NCBI GenBank assembly: GCA_049593675.1
Contig: JBAWHI010000264.1
Span: 1 to 37,732, forward strand
From: Nocardioides sp.
GTDB taxonomy: Bacteria; Actinomycetota; Actinomycetes; Propionibacteriales; Nocardioidaceae
DNA length: 37,732 bases
Direction: 5' to 3'
This document shows, in pieces, positions 36,966 through 37,732 of the stretch (positions within the stretch are counted from its first letter, which is position 1; each line of letters opens with the position of its first letter). A program made the translations under genes and the position numbers. The notes beneath the pieces are model-generated. The model was not told the DNA's origin. It did not search any database and worked only from the letters and a program-made list of their open reading frames with translations.

Positions 36966-37026
36966 GTCGAGACACCTGAGACGGCCCCGATTCACCCACT
37001 CCAGGGGCCATCTGGGGTGTCTCGAC
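36966..37026. terminator. Long imperfect hairpin between convergent genes (bidirectional terminator or REP-like element)
   Basis: GTCGAGACACC...GGCCCC-N15-GGGGCC...GGTGTCTCGAC. Confidence 0.55.
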
Positions 37027-37041
37027 GGCAGCCGAGGGCCC

Positions 37042-37347
37042 TCAGACGGACGTGAGCGGGTGCACGGCCACCTCGCCGCTGATCGCACCGCCCAGGACCG
37101 TGAACGCCTCGGCGATGTGCGGGGTGCCCATGTGGGCGTCCAGGTCCGCCTGCGAACGCCACGCCTCGACGGTGATGAACAGGCCGGGCACGGCGCCGGA
37201 CTGGTAGACCTCGTAGACGTAGCAGCCCTCCTCCGCACGGGAAGCGGCGGCGAGGGTGGCGAGCGCGGTCGCAGCCTCGCCGGCCTTCGCCGGGTCGATC
37301 GGGATGGTGGCCACGACGCGCAGCGCGTCGGCGGGAGCATCGGTCAT
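37042..37347 (-). CDS. Putative quinol monooxygenase (ABM domain)
   Basis: SRAEEGC..YEVY....PG.F...EAW.SQADLDAHMGTPH; ATG 37347 with TACCGT 7 nt upstream. Confidence 0.88.
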   Translation of the reverse strand: MTDAPADALRVVATIPIDPAKAGEAATALATLAAASRAEEGCYVYEVYQSGAVPGLFITVEAWRSQADLDAHMGTPHIAEAFTVLGGAISGEVAVHPLTSV

Positions 37348-37369
37348 GACCCCGACGGTAGCCCTACTC

Positions 37370-37441
37370 GTCAGGTGTCCCCTGACGTTGTCAGGCGTTG
37401 CAACGGCCGACAACGTCAGGAATCCCCGGTCGACCGGGGAT
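37370..37441. repeat. 72-bp nested-palindrome interspersed repeat, copy 2
   Basis: Same orientation and layout as 15738-15809. Confidence 0.9.
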
Positions 37442-37531
37442 TCCGACACGGCCCACCACCCCACCACCCCCCACGTTCGCCCAGGGCGAAGCCGGGTGCC
37501 GTCGGGGGGTGGCGGCGGTTAGGGTCACAGG

Positions 37532-37732
37532 GTGACGACGCTCGACGACGCCCGCGAGGGCATGGACCCTGACATCCGGCCGCAGGACGACCTCTTCGGC
37601 CACGTGAACGGCCGCTGGCTGGAGGAGACGGAGATCCCGTCCGACCGGTCCAGCTGGGGCCCGTTCGTTCAGCTCGCGGACGCGGCCGAGGAGCACGTGC
37701 ACGCGATCATCGAGGACCTCGCCCGCCAGGCC
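37532..37732 (+). CDS. M13 zinc metallopeptidase (PepO/Zmp1-like), N-terminal part; truncated by the window
   Basis: Translated by hand from GTG 37532: DPDIRPQDDLFGHVNGRWLEETEIPSDRSSWGPF; TAGGGT 6 nt upstream. Absent from the ORF track. Confidence 0.88.
   Translation, partial: MTTLDDAREGMDPDIRPQDDLFGHVNGRWLEETEIPSDRSSWGPFVQLADAAEEHVHAIIEDLARQA

Overview
High-GC actinobacterial chromosome segment (Nocardioides-like by gene content; inferred), about 37 densely packed genes. I saw no rRNA, tRNA, CRISPR array or transposase. Left part: a membrane-protein module (DUF7144-like, AI-2E transporter, cardiolipin synthase), two MMPL transporters with TetR/MarR regulators, malic enzyme, ppgK, an NYN-LOTUS protein, an AlkB-rubredoxin fusion with its TetR regulator, a ferritin-like diiron protein, an MFS transporter and a secreted metzincin. 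Main finding (19.8-34.6 kb): a complete cobalamin-dependent N-demethylation system. It comprises a non-pyrrolysine MttB-family methyltransferase, a corrinoid protein, a methylcorrinoid:THF methyltransferase, an ASKHA/2Fe-2S corrinoid activator and DUF1638. It is clustered with a divergent MetF, PurU, a GcvT-family flavoprotein demethylase, ETF alpha/beta and two IclR regulators. Paired 17-bp operator-like palindromes tie metF, purU and the demethylase operon together. This suggests a betaine-to-formate C1 catabolic regulon using anaerobe-type B12 chemistry in a genome that also encodes an O2-dependent monooxygenase. Also seen: a 72-bp nested-palindrome repeat present twice, several operator-like palindromes and many probable leaderless genes. 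Family calls come from motif recognition by eye, not database searches.
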